This document shows positions 12,906-22,199 of a DNA stretch of 64,000 bases, piece by piece. A program made the translations under genes and the position numbers. Position 1 is the stretch's first letter; each line of letters begins with the position of its first letter. The notes under the pieces are model-generated. The model was given only the letters and a program-made list of their open reading frames with translations, was not told where the DNA came from and searched no databases. This DNA is from Macrostomum lignano (taxonomy: Eukaryota). The stretch covers positions 18,278 through 82,277 of the forward strand of contig NIVC01002696.1 of the NCBI GenBank assembly GCA_002269645.1. The letters are read 5' to 3'.

Positions 12906-15092
12906 CTATAACAAAACTACCACCCATCTTCGCCACTGGAAAATACCCAGGAGAACTTCATATTCCAGGGTATTCTTTTGCAGGTTACGTAGTGGCCTGA
13001 GTGAGGAAGTCAATGTCCTTGCTAGTCATCAAATAAGCACTTGTTAAAGTTTCTATAGTAAAAATGGAGCAAACAATTCGAGAAATTCTTCTGAAACCAA
13101 TTGATGATAAGGTTGGGCATGATCAAATTCTTCATGATCTTTTCCAAGAAGAGTTAATAATTTCACACAAGATTAAAGTTATTCAAATGAGACTAGGCAG
13201 ACTATATGAAATATTAGCAGAAAATTATTTTGGATTCGAGAAGGTAAAAAAGATAGACCTGGTTCACGTTGAGCGAAAGATTGCATTAGAGCTTAAATCT
13301 TCTGATAACACGGACAATTCATCAAGTCGTGAAAGGAATTATCAGAAACTATTAGACTATAAAAATTCTTATCCCACCTATCAGTTGTATTATGTATGCA
13401 TCAATAAAACTACAAAGGAACCTAAGAATATTTTACTAGACAATGGAATCACCCTTATAACAGGAGAATTTGCATTGAAATTTCTTTATGGTGATCAATA
13501 CAAAAACATTATAACCAACATTAAACAAGTGCTTAGTGATTGGCGACACCTTCAAATTGCGGGAACTCCGTCCGATTCTAGTACGTCAATAACAGCCTCA
13601 AGTACCACTTCAGTTGAGAAATCTTCTGAAGGAACACAGGTAATTCCTGTTCCCAATCGGACTTCGTCCGCGAACCTATGGTTCGATGGTAACAAGCTTG
13701 AGGACATGGTGGAAATCCGCAGCCAAGCTCCTAAGTCCGAACGAAGTTGACAAGGATATGGAGAAGGTTCAGAGACTTAATGGGGGTGGGGCTGAAGGAT
13801 CTGGTCAATCCTGATGAAGCCTTAAGATAAAGTCCAGCCTCTTTCGAAAGATTGAGGAACAACTGCCGGGTACAAATTTAGACAAGAGACTCAATCCAAT
13901 TACAGACCGGCCTCGGTATGACAGTCTACCAATTAACCCAATCGATTGGACTGCTTACTATCATGACAAAAACTATAGAGATGCTGAAAACACTTCTTCA
14001 AATCCAGAGGAAGCTCTAGCAAAGAAGCATATAGCTGATGAAAAAATGATAGCTGATTTAGATGCTATTCCAACCAGTGACTTGTCTGTGAAAGAGAGAC
14101 TCATTCGAAATCTAGTAAAGCGTATTATCAAGGCTAAAGTTCGGTTTGGATTAGGCATTCATACTCACAACCCCAACAATTGTATAGACTGTCTAACAAT
14201 TTATGGTAAGGGTCTTAGCTATGAAGATGCAGTAAAATTGCATAAAGAATATCGAAAGCCAAGAGTATTTAGAAAAATGATTCACTATGCAAAAGACACA
14301 ATTTGGCATGCAGATATCATTATCCTTCCTCCTGAAAGAGGTTACAAATATGCTCTCACTATCATAGATGGTTTTACACGTTACGCCTGGGCAGTTCCTT
14401 TGAAAACAAAGACGGGAGCGGAAGTTGCAGAAGCTTTCCAAAAAGTATTTAAGGAATCAGGAAGACGACCAGAGAGACTTTGTGTAGATGAAGGCAAGGA
14501 GTTTTATAATCAGCATATGTACAAGCTATATTCGTTTTCAAAAGACAACATTAGAAAGAAGGATGAAAAGGGTGAATATATAAACAAGATGTTTTCAATT
14601 TATGGCGAGTCCAAGAATGCAATGATTGAGAGGTTCAATCGTACTCTCACAAATAAACTCTGGTTTGAATTTGATCTACAGGGTAATCAGAAGTGGCTCC
14701 ACACATTGCCAGCTATTGTTGAAAAATACAACAACACAATCCATTCTGAGATTCTGATAACTCCTTCAGAAGCATCTAAACATCCTGAGCGAGTACCAAA
14801 GCCAACTTTCGAGTATTCAAATGAGAAACCAAACTTCAAAGTAGGTGACAAAGTTCATATCTATAGATATAAGGAGCACTTTGAAAAGGGTCGAAGAGGA
14901 TATTGGAAAATTTCAGAAGTGTTTAGGATAAAGAAAATAGTTTACTCAAATCCCATAACTTACATAATTGAGGATGAGAATGGAGAAGAAATCATTGGAT
15001 CATTTTACAAATCCCAGCTTCTACCAGCAAATTTTTCAACTAAAAATGAGCGCCTATCGAACAAACTGCAAACGGGCGAAAGGTCAGATTGA
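12854..15092 (+). CDS. Parvovirus-type PLA2 fused to rve (DDE) integrase; exons 12854-12985 + 13866-15092, ~452 aa after group I splicing
   Basis: Joining GCA GGT|CCG GGT restores GELHIPGYSFAGPGTNLDKRL, followed by PINPID..AYYHD..Y (PLA2 catalytic HD). The same frame continues into integrase motifs WHAD, VDEGKEF and IERFNRTL. Confidence 0.92.
12986..13865 (+). ncRNA. Group I self-splicing intron (IC1-like), 880 nt
   Basis: 5' exon ends in U12985, paired with G12995 in P1 (CAGGU/GCCUG); terminal G13865. P AAUUGCGGGAA 13555-65, Q AAUCCGCAGC 13714-23, R GUUCAGAGACUU 13767-78, S AAGAUAAAGUC 13824-34. P3 CACCUUCA/UGGGGGUG, P4 UGCGGG/UCCGCA, P7 GACUU/AAGUC, P8 GGGCU/AGCCU, P9 CCUC/GAGG, P9.0 AG/CU; large P5abc-like insert. 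Confidence 0.95.
13064..13750 (+). CDS. Intron-encoded PD-(D/E)xK endonuclease resembling the Eco47II/Sau96I restriction enzyme family (putative homing endonuclease)
   Basis: GRLYE helix, KIDL...ALELKS catalytic motif and NTDNSSS (cf. EIKNKxNTxNSS), then YYVCI and ITGEFAL. Starts in the loop closed by the stem 13034-45/13524-35. Confidence 0.75.
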   Translation: MEQTIREILLKPIDDKVGHDQILHDLFQEELIISHKIKVIQMRLGRLYEILAENYFGFEKVKKIDLVHVERKIALELKSSDNTDNSSSRERNYQKLLDYKNSYPTYQLYYVCINKTTKEPKNILLDNGITLITGEFALKFLYGDQYKNIITNIKQVLSDWRHLQIAGTPSDSSTSITASSTTSVEKSSEGTQVIPVPNRTSSANLWFDGNKLEDMVEIRSQAPKSERS

Positions 15093-15468
15093 AACGTCTG
15101 ATTCACAACTACTAGCTGATAAAGAGGGTGAAGGAATTGGTGATATGATCAGTGGTGTCACAAACTTTTTATCAAATCATGGAAGTAAAATTGTGAGTGG
15201 AGCTGATGCAATAGGTAAAACAGCTACCACAGCGAAGAACATATTCGATGCGAAGAAATCATACAGTGACATGTCTAAAGCAGGTGAGGAACTGGAATAT
15301 ATTAAAAAGAAACGTAGAGATAAAGAAGCAAAGAAAATAATGGAAGAAGAGCAACAGATAGCTTCTCAATCAAATAAGGCTATTCAAGATATTGTTAAAA
15401 AGGCTCTAGGAACAGCAGAACAGTCTCAAGTGTCTTTGAGACAAGGCAATGGTTTGAAGAAATTCTGA
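15046..15468 (+). CDS. Putative basic virion core protein with GxG motifs
   Basis: TAAAAATG start; EGEGIG and RQGNGL motifs; position in the structural module. Confidence 0.55.
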   Translation: MSAYRTNCKRAKGQIETSDSQLLADKEGEGIGDMISGVTNFLSNHGSKIVSGADAIGKTATTAKNIFDAKKSYSDMSKAGEELEYIKKKRRDKEAKKIMEEEQQIASQSNKAIQDIVKKALGTAEQSQVSLRQGNGLKKF

Positions 15469-15476
15469 CCTTAAAA

Positions 15477-15928
15477 ATGAGCGAGAAAAACACTGAAGCA
15501 AGACTCAATCGATATGTTCGAGAGGGAAAACCAAGATATGTTACTGTAAATAAGCAAAAGCAATATCTTTCTAAAGAGAAGATTCGAGAATTGCAAGAGA
15601 AACAGAAAGAACATGAAGGTGGAATAATTCCTCTATTAGGCTTGCTACCAGCAATTTTGGGTGGTATTGGAGCAGCCTCGGAGTTGGTACAATGATTGCA
15701 AAAAGTGTTAATACAGCCAACAATGCTAAGCATAATAAGACAATAGAAAGCATTGAACGGCAAAAACTAGAAGAGTTGAAAAAGGCTCAAGGGAGTGGAG
15801 TATTAGTTGATGCGGCTAAAAGAGTCGAACAAGTACCCAGCGAAGCAGTCAAGTGGCTGCTAAAGACGTTTAAAGTTGAAAAGGAGAAACAGGGTAATGG
15901 GATAATTCTTAGACCTCATGAAGCTTAG
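15477..15928 (+). CDS. Putative core/membrane-lytic (pVI-like) protein, frameshifted at 15680-15681
   Basis: EGGIIPLLGLLPAILGGIGAAS continues as GVGTMIAKSVN if one G is added, joining two ORFs into ~150 aa with GG/GxG motifs. Confidence 0.6.
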
Positions 15929-15948
15929 TTGAAATTTCTCTTATAAAA

Positions 15949-17313
15949 ATGGAGAACAAAAAGGATATACTGAGCATATATGAGGACAAAACTTTTAGCT
16001 TTTTCAAAAAGAAAGAAGACTATATTAAGATTTCTCCAACTCCAGGTAGCACTAATAATCTCAATGTTGCAGGAGGTCAAATAGTTCATGAAGTCAATTC
16101 AACAGAGTCATACATTCTCATGTCAGAGGCATTCGGTTGTATAAAATACTCAATAACACAACGAGATAACACCGACTTGAATACGAACATTACTCTAGAA
16201 CATAATTGGCCTATGAGACTTTTCTCTCAACTCATAGTTGACATTGGAGGAACAAAGAAAGTCTATAATGATCCTGGAGAGTATGACACAATCTTAAAGT
16301 CCGTAATGTACTCAAAATTAATGAATGAAGTTGGAGAAGCATACGGATGGATTCCAGACACTGGAGATGCTGGGACTGTTTCTGATATACCTCTAGCAAA
16401 CAACGCAGATGCTGAAGCTGTGAGAACTGCAGCAATCGCTATGAAAAATAGACTCAATAAGAAGGATTCGAATACTGGATACATTAGGAGGCTTGAAAAT
16501 TACAATAATGTCACTAATGCTCCAAACAGAGGTGGAACAATCAAACTATCATTAACACCCCTCATTGGGTTCCTTGATTGGCAGAAGATTAGCAAAGGAA
16601 TTAAATATAAATTCACATGGACAAGAAAGACTAACGATGCTGAAATTTTCTTTGGAGCTGCCGGGACGGAAGCTAAGTTAACTATTAATAGCTTTGAGAT
16701 TTGGATCCCTGCTATTACTTTGTCACCCAGTGCTGAAGCAGCTTTTCTAAAATCACTCAACAAGGACATTACAGTATCATTTCCAGAGAGGGTAACGGTT
16801 CCACCACAACTCATTCAAGGAAGTCCATATACATGGAACATAGCCAACATCTCCAATATGCCACTTGCAATCTTTGTAGCTTTCAAATATGACGTAAACA
16901 ACCCATCATATATAGTTAATGATCACAAGTATGTGTCTTACAAAACTGGAGCAAATTCAGTGAAAATAACCCAGCTTCAAGTCAGATTAAATCAGGTGAT
17001 GTATCCGAATGATTATGTTGAAATTGATCCAGTAGCTCAAGACATTCACAGAGCGTATGAAATGTACGAAGACATCTGCAGCCGTTTCGGTGTAACTCCT
17101 CCATTCAATAAACAAGACTTTCTAACCATCTATCCAATCTTTTGCTTTGATCTAACAGCTCAAGATGAGTTTCTGGTCAAGAGTGGAGTGAATATTCAAT
17201 TATTTATCAAGAAGTCAACAAATGTTGAGCTGACTGCTTTTGCACTAATTCTTGAACAAACAAAGAATGTAATAAAAGTTACCAGTGAATATCAAATGAC
17301 CCGCGTCGAATAA
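15949..17313 (+). CDS. Double jelly-roll major capsid protein (454 aa)
   Basis: Polinton MCP pattern: YIKISP..G..LN..G, LEHNWPMRLFSQ, PGEYDT, GYIRR, QVRLNQVMYP, YPIFCFDLT. Confidence 0.85.
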   Translation: MENKKDILSIYEDKTFSFFKKKEDYIKISPTPGSTNNLNVAGGQIVHEVNSTESYILMSEAFGCIKYSITQRDNTDLNTNITLEHNWPMRLFSQLIVDIGGTKKVYNDPGEYDTILKSVMYSKLMNEVGEAYGWIPDTGDAGTVSDIPLANNADAEAVRTAAIAMKNRLNKKDSNTGYIRRLENYNNVTNAPNRGGTIKLSLTPLIGFLDWQKISKGIKYKFTWTRKTNDAEIFFGAAGTEAKLTINSFEIWIPAITLSPSAEAAFLKSLNKDITVSFPERVTVPPQLIQGSPYTWNIANISNMPLAIFVAFKYDVNNPSYIVNDHKYVSYKTGANSVKITQLQVRLNQVMYPNDYVEIDPVAQDIHRAYEMYEDICSRFGVTPPFNKQDFLTIYPIFCFDLTAQDEFLVKSGVNIQLFIKKSTNVELTAFALILEQTKNVIKVTSEYQMTRVE

Positions 17314-17334
17314 GGTCATTTTTTCTTTTTTTAA

Positions 17335-18108
17335 ATGCCCAAAGTAAAATTTCGGCATGATCCTATTTTCCCTAATCCTCTTTTATGTTGTATTATCGGC
17401 GCTACAAATACGGGTAAAACATATTTACTATTCCATATTCTTACAAGTCCTGAAAAACTAGTTGACTTTAATGAGTTAGTTTTATATGTTCCCAGAGCAT
17501 CTCAAATGGATCCAGAGTATCAGTTTCTAAAGCATGGCTTTGAAAATGGTCTCCCACCTTCTCTTATCAACTCACTCTATCATGTCTACCAGGTGAGTGA
17601 GGATGCATCTCCTGAAGATATTAAGCATATTTGTAACGAGGCAGCCGACCTTGGTGGAGTGCAAAGCACATCAGAAAATTCAGAAGTAATAGAGAAAATT
17701 TCTGTCACTCTTTCCCATACTCCAAATGAAGAAATTTTTCATAATGGACTAAAGACATGTGTGATATTGGACGATGTTTTGGGAGAGGCTAATCAAACAT
17801 TTCAGGAAAGTCTGTTTCAGAGAGGCAGGCATGGAAACTGTTGTGGTTTTTATCTAGCTCAAAATTTTACCAAACTAGATCGCAATACTGTCAGGGAGAA
17901 TACGACATGTTACATAATCTTTAAACAAAAAGATACAAACTTAAATCACATTGCTAGAAATATAGAAACGAATTATGAACCCGCTATATTCAAGGCTAAA
18001 TGTAGAGAGGCTTGGAAAAAGAAGTATGGCTATATCTATATAAATACAAGAGCTGATGAGGATGAGCAAGATTTGTATAAGGATGTTCTAACTAAAATCC
18101 CATTGTAA
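17335..18108 (+). CDS. A32/FtsK-like genome packaging ATPase
   Basis: Walker A GATNTGKT, Walker B VILDD, RGRH, LAQ. Confidence 0.92.
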   Translation: MPKVKFRHDPIFPNPLLCCIIGATNTGKTYLLFHILTSPEKLVDFNELVLYVPRASQMDPEYQFLKHGFENGLPPSLINSLYHVYQVSEDASPEDIKHICNEAADLGGVQSTSENSEVIEKISVTLSHTPNEEIFHNGLKTCVILDDVLGEANQTFQESLFQRGRHGNCCGFYLAQNFTKLDRNTVRENTTCYIIFKQKDTNLNHIARNIETNYEPAIFKAKCREAWKKKYGYIYINTRADEDEQDLYKDVLTKIPL

Positions 18109-18110
18109 AA

Positions 18111-18842
18111 ATGACTAATGAATATATAAGAGAACTCATTAATTTAGCAAAGCAGCGAGAAATGTACAAATCCAGAAATGATGCTCAACGCTATTTGAAA
18201 ATTGGAGAAGAGAGTTTATATGCAAGAGTGGCTCCATTAGCTCAAAAACCTGTCACAGAAAAGCTCGATGAATTTATTGATGTCAATGCCAACCTTGTTG
18301 ATAAACTTCAGAATCAAAAAGTTCCAGTTCCGCAATCAAGTACACCAAAAGGCCGATTTGAACCCCTAGAAGTATTTGACAAAATAATTGAAGAAATTGG
18401 AAAGATTCCAATAACTCAAAGACCAGCGCCTAGTATACGGATTCAAAAAACTGATGCTGGATATATATTTGGATCATCTGTAATAGATGTTGAATTCCAT
18501 GAACAAGGTCGAGACATCATTGTCAATGAATTCCGAATGCCATTTTCTGAAGATCTTGAAGAGTTGTTCAAAATGCCTAAAGTAACTGAAAATGGTGAAG
18601 AGCTGAAGCAATTCAAGATGCAAACATTGCAGGATTATGTTAACCTCATTGAACATTGTAAAAATCCAGCGGCCAAATCAAGTGGGAATTATAAGCAAGC
18701 AGTAAGGATATTGAAAGATAATCCACCAGGATATCGAGTAAAACCGGGATCTGGACTCAGTGAAAGAGTGTTGACATTACTAGCCGCAAAAGCAGAGGGA
18801 CATAACAATGTTGATAAAGAGCTAGTAGAATTACTTGCTTAA
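18111..18842 (+). CDS. Conserved Polinton structural/core protein
   Basis: C-terminal GSGL...LL.AKAEGHNN..KEL motif typical of Polinton core proteins. Confidence 0.6.
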   Translation: MTNEYIRELINLAKQREMYKSRNDAQRYLKIGEESLYARVAPLAQKPVTEKLDEFIDVNANLVDKLQNQKVPVPQSSTPKGRFEPLEVFDKIIEEIGKIPITQRPAPSIRIQKTDAGYIFGSSVIDVEFHEQGRDIIVNEFRMPFSEDLEELFKMPKVTENGEELKQFKMQTLQDYVNLIEHCKNPAAKSSGNYKQAVRILKDNPPGYRVKPGSGLSERVLTLLAAKAEGHNNVDKELVELLA

Positions 18843-18844
18843 AA

Positions 18845-19637
18845 ATGGAAAAAGAAATAGAAAAAGTCAACATCCTCTTGAGTAAAAAGTTTCAACGCAC
18901 ATTTGACTTCTTTTCAATTAAAAACCCATTTCGACAAACTCTAGGCACTCCGATAAATTTGTATGAAGATCGAGAATACGAAGCTGGTATAAAAAAGTTT
19001 GCAGTCTTTGATGCTATTAACAATATTGAAGGAGGCAATAATGAGTTGCGATACTCGAGGGATAGTGGTAGAACATGGAAAAAAAATAAAGATTCAAGCG
19101 GGATCTTGGGAAGTTAAAAGTCTGTCAAGCGAGATTCAAAGATTGCTAACAGCTGCAAATGATTGGAAAGAGGGGGCTATTGTTTTCAGTGCAAGCCTAG
19201 ACACGCGTAGGGTTGAGTTACGGTTATCCACAGAGTATCAAGTTGATTTCAGGGATGCACATTCCAATAACTTTAGAAGACTGTTGGGATTCAATTCGGA
19301 AGTGTATTTGAAACCATTTGAGAGAGCTCCAAATCCAGCTCGGATAGACGGAGCTAGAAGTGCGATCATGGTTCGTTGTCTCAATATCAAAGGGGGTTTT
19401 ATCACTGATCCAGCCAATGGAGATCATTTAATTGATAAGCAAATACTTCTTTCAATTCCATCGTTCTCTGTCCCAATGGGAAGTAAAATTATTCAAGAAC
19501 CTGCAAATCCTGTGTACCTACCACTAACTACAAACATGTTGAGCACATTCGACTTTGTCATCGAAGATGAGTCTGGTGTTCTATACGACTTTGATGGCGA
19601 GGAAATATTTATAAATCTACACGTACGACAAATATGA
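18845..19637 (+). CDS. Minor capsid protein (penton), frameshifted in the A8 run 19079-19086
   Basis: PINL..REYEAG..INNI..NNELRYS.D.G.TWKK joins IKIQAGSWEV if one A is removed; C-terminal RCLNI, YLP and DFDGEEI motifs; ~263 aa. Confidence 0.85.
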
Positions 19638-19646
19638 GTGTTAAAA

Positions 19647-20077
19647 ATGAGCGAAGCTGAGACATGGAATGCATTTAAACAAAAGTTTGGGACTGACACT
19701 ACGACTAATATTGATCTGATAAATTGGGCAAAATATCTCAAGTTAAAACCATTTCGCTATGCCATGAGAGATGAAATTGTTGATTTACCACAGTATGGTT
19801 ACTTTATGACAAATATTCACACTTCGAAAGAACGGGGTATACATCATTCAGCTATATTTTCAGCTCCTGATAAGGTTTATTTTTTTGATTCCTATGCACT
19901 ACCACCCACACTGGAAATTATGGAAAAGTTTAATCACACAAAAATAGAATATGTGGAGACATGGAAGAACAAATTCAAACTTTTGATAAGAAATATTGTG
20001 GTCAAATGTCGCTGTACTTTTTACACCGAATCGATAAAGGAGATAGCTATAATGAAATTTTGCAGCAATTAAAATGA
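19647..20077 (+). CDS. Adenain-like cysteine protease, frameshifted in the A5 run 19940-19944
   Basis: GIH (His) and FFDSY (Asp); the alternative frame gives EQIQTFDKKYCG (Gln and catalytic Cys). Confidence 0.88.
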
Positions 20078-21423
20078 GTTACAAGAATACTGCCAATCAA
20101 TTTGGTTACTCGTCAAATTCAAATGATATAGCGCCTGGAATAACAATAGCGTTAGCTGATGATCGATACATCAATGAAAATGAAGGATATAAGAGAGAGG
20201 AAATAGATAATTTATTGTTAGCAAAGAGAAATGTTTCAGACTCTTATTCAAAGGAAGATAGTGACGCAATGAATATCACCATGCTACAATTAATTGACGA
20301 TGCTCATGGGCGCGTAAACAATGTCTACACAAAAACCGAAATTGACACTAAGATGTATTCTAAAACCGAAATTGACACTTTGTTAGCAGAAAGGCAAGGT
20401 ACTGTGGGGGGTACAGAGAGTTCGAAATTAGTCAATATTCTTTCATTACTGACTTCAAACGCTTCCGATCCTGACATGAAAGTGACCGCTTCTCATAACT
20501 CTTCAGCAGCATATCATGTTGCAGATTCAAACCCAGCTTCAGAATGGAGCAGTGTAGATGACTCAGACAAGTGGATACGAGTTCAATTTCTGAAAAGAGC
20601 TAGGAAAGTTGTAGAGATAAAGTTGGAAGGAGAGGTGTGGCCTGGTTGGTCTGTTAGTGTTAGTCTAAATGGAACAAACTGGACACCTGTTGAACAAAGT
20701 GCACCCATTGAACTACGAAGGGGCAATGCACATCTTAGGAAAAAAATACCCAATCCCTCATATTATTTTCATTATTCTCTTAATTTTTCTGGTTCCGTAA
20801 AGCTTACAAAAGTTGAATTACTTGAGAGACAAACAGTGGTTAATGATTTAGTGTGGCCTATAGATAGACTTCAAGCTGTACCAAAGCTATACGTAGACAA
20901 TGCACTTGAATCAGTGGAGCTGCGACTAAGGCGGGGACTAGGTTTCAAATCTTATACAGGATATATCCCCTCACTAGCAACACGTCAAAACTATAGAGAA
21001 AGGGGTTTCAATGTAGCGTCATCAGGAGCATTTGAAACGTCAGATAATTGGGGTTATATAGTATTTAATTCAGAATGGGCATCGAGGAATGAACCCAATT
21101 CTTACATTGAAGTACAACTTCCTGAATCTATTCAAATTTGGAAATTCGGATTGAAAGGAACCAAAGCAGTAGGTAGTGAAATTATAAAAAATCAACCAAA
21201 AAGTTTTATTCTGAAAGGGAGCAATAACAAGAGAGACTTTAGGAATATTTTTTCTACCGAAAATGCTGGTTTAGTTCCTGGAGTGATGAAATATTTTGAA
21301 GTAGCTTCCACCGAAAAATTCTCCGGTTATAGAGTGCATATTAATTCAGCCACTGAAGGATCAACTGTTCTTATTGTTTCAGGCTTTCAACTTTATCCGA
21401 TTTTAGACATAATTGTCACATAA
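20074..21423 (+). CDS. Putative fibre/receptor-binding protein with YTKTEID repeats and two discoidin (F5/8C)-like domains
   Basis: YSKEDSD/YTKTEID/YSKTEID shaft repeats; two SEW.S...W/Y-I-x-V-Q beta domains. Confidence 0.6.
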   Translation: MSYKNTANQFGYSSNSNDIAPGITIALADDRYINENEGYKREEIDNLLLAKRNVSDSYSKEDSDAMNITMLQLIDDAHGRVNNVYTKTEIDTKMYSKTEIDTLLAERQGTVGGTESSKLVNILSLLTSNASDPDMKVTASHNSSAAYHVADSNPASEWSSVDDSDKWIRVQFLKRARKVVEIKLEGEVWPGWSVSVSLNGTNWTPVEQSAPIELRRGNAHLRKKIPNPSYYFHYSLNFSGSVKLTKVELLERQTVVNDLVWPIDRLQAVPKLYVDNALESVELRLRRGLGFKSYTGYIPSLATRQNYRERGFNVASSGAFETSDNWGYIVFNSEWASRNEPNSYIEVQLPESIQIWKFGLKGTKAVGSEIIKNQPKSFILKGSNNKRDFRNIFSTENAGLVPGVMKYFEVASTEKFSGYRVHINSATEGSTVLIVSGFQLYPILDIIVT

Positions 21424-21514
21424 TTAGACATAATACCATAGTCACCATTAAAACACAACATAAGTACAAAAACTCCCAACGGGGTCAATAAACAAAAAAT
21501 TACTATCTTAGGAA

Positions 21515-21965
21515 GCTGGCAAGTAGGCAAACTTCACTCAGTGACTAACGCAGGAATTCGGGGTTGTATATTTTTCATCTACTTTTGCTACACACAGAAG
21601 CAATCTCGCAGAGCAATAATATGGTCGGCTATTGTCCGACCAAGATAGCAAAGCAAGTAGGCAAACTTCACTCGATGACTAACACAGGAATTCGGGGTTT
21701 TATATTTTTCATCTACTCTTGCTACACAGAAGCAAGCTCGCACCGCAACAATATGGTCGGCTATTGTTCGACCAAGATAGCAAAGCAAGTCTTTTTTTAG
21801 AGGCAAACTTCACTCGATGACTAACACAGGAATTCGGGGTTTTATATTTTTCATCTACTATTGCTACACAAAAGCAAGCTCGCACCGCAACAATATGGTC
21901 GGCTATTGTCCAACCAAAATAGCAAAGCAAGTAGGCAAACTTCACTCGATGACTAACGCAGGAAT
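21515..21965. repeat. Internal ~135-140-bp tandem repeat (three and a bit copies) in the element's intergenic region
   Basis: gcaagtaggcaaacttcactc...caggaattcgggg recurs at ~21519, 21653, 21785 and 21926. Confidence 0.9.
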
Positions 21966-22199
21966 TTGCCTCGACAAGAATTTGCCAAAATTTTGCCAGA
22001 AAAAAATATTTTTATTTTTTGTGCCACTTGGCACAGAATTGGCACCAATGAGAGGTTTCCGTTGTGCATTGTAAGTAAACCAACCAATAGGATTTAAGAC
22101 ACCGAAAAAATTGTTCTAGCAGCATTTAAAGCAGCATACAAATGGTTTCATCCAACCATCTATACATCCATCTTTTAAGCTAAATCTTATCTCTTAATC

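Noticed and set aside
13064-13750. Classical LAGLIDADG, HNH, GIY-YIG or His-Cys homing endonuclease
   Set aside because: None of those signatures is present; the motifs fit PD-(D/E)xK.
13866-13872. Strong P10 pairing of the 3' exon with the internal guide sequence
   Set aside because: Only about one convincing pair (C13866-G12994) was seen, so it was not used as evidence; 3' site choice is supported by the terminal G, P9.0 and the reading frame.
21515-21965. CRISPR-like array
   Set aside because: Units are contiguous ~135-bp tandem copies with no unique spacers and no cas genes, in a eukaryotic context.
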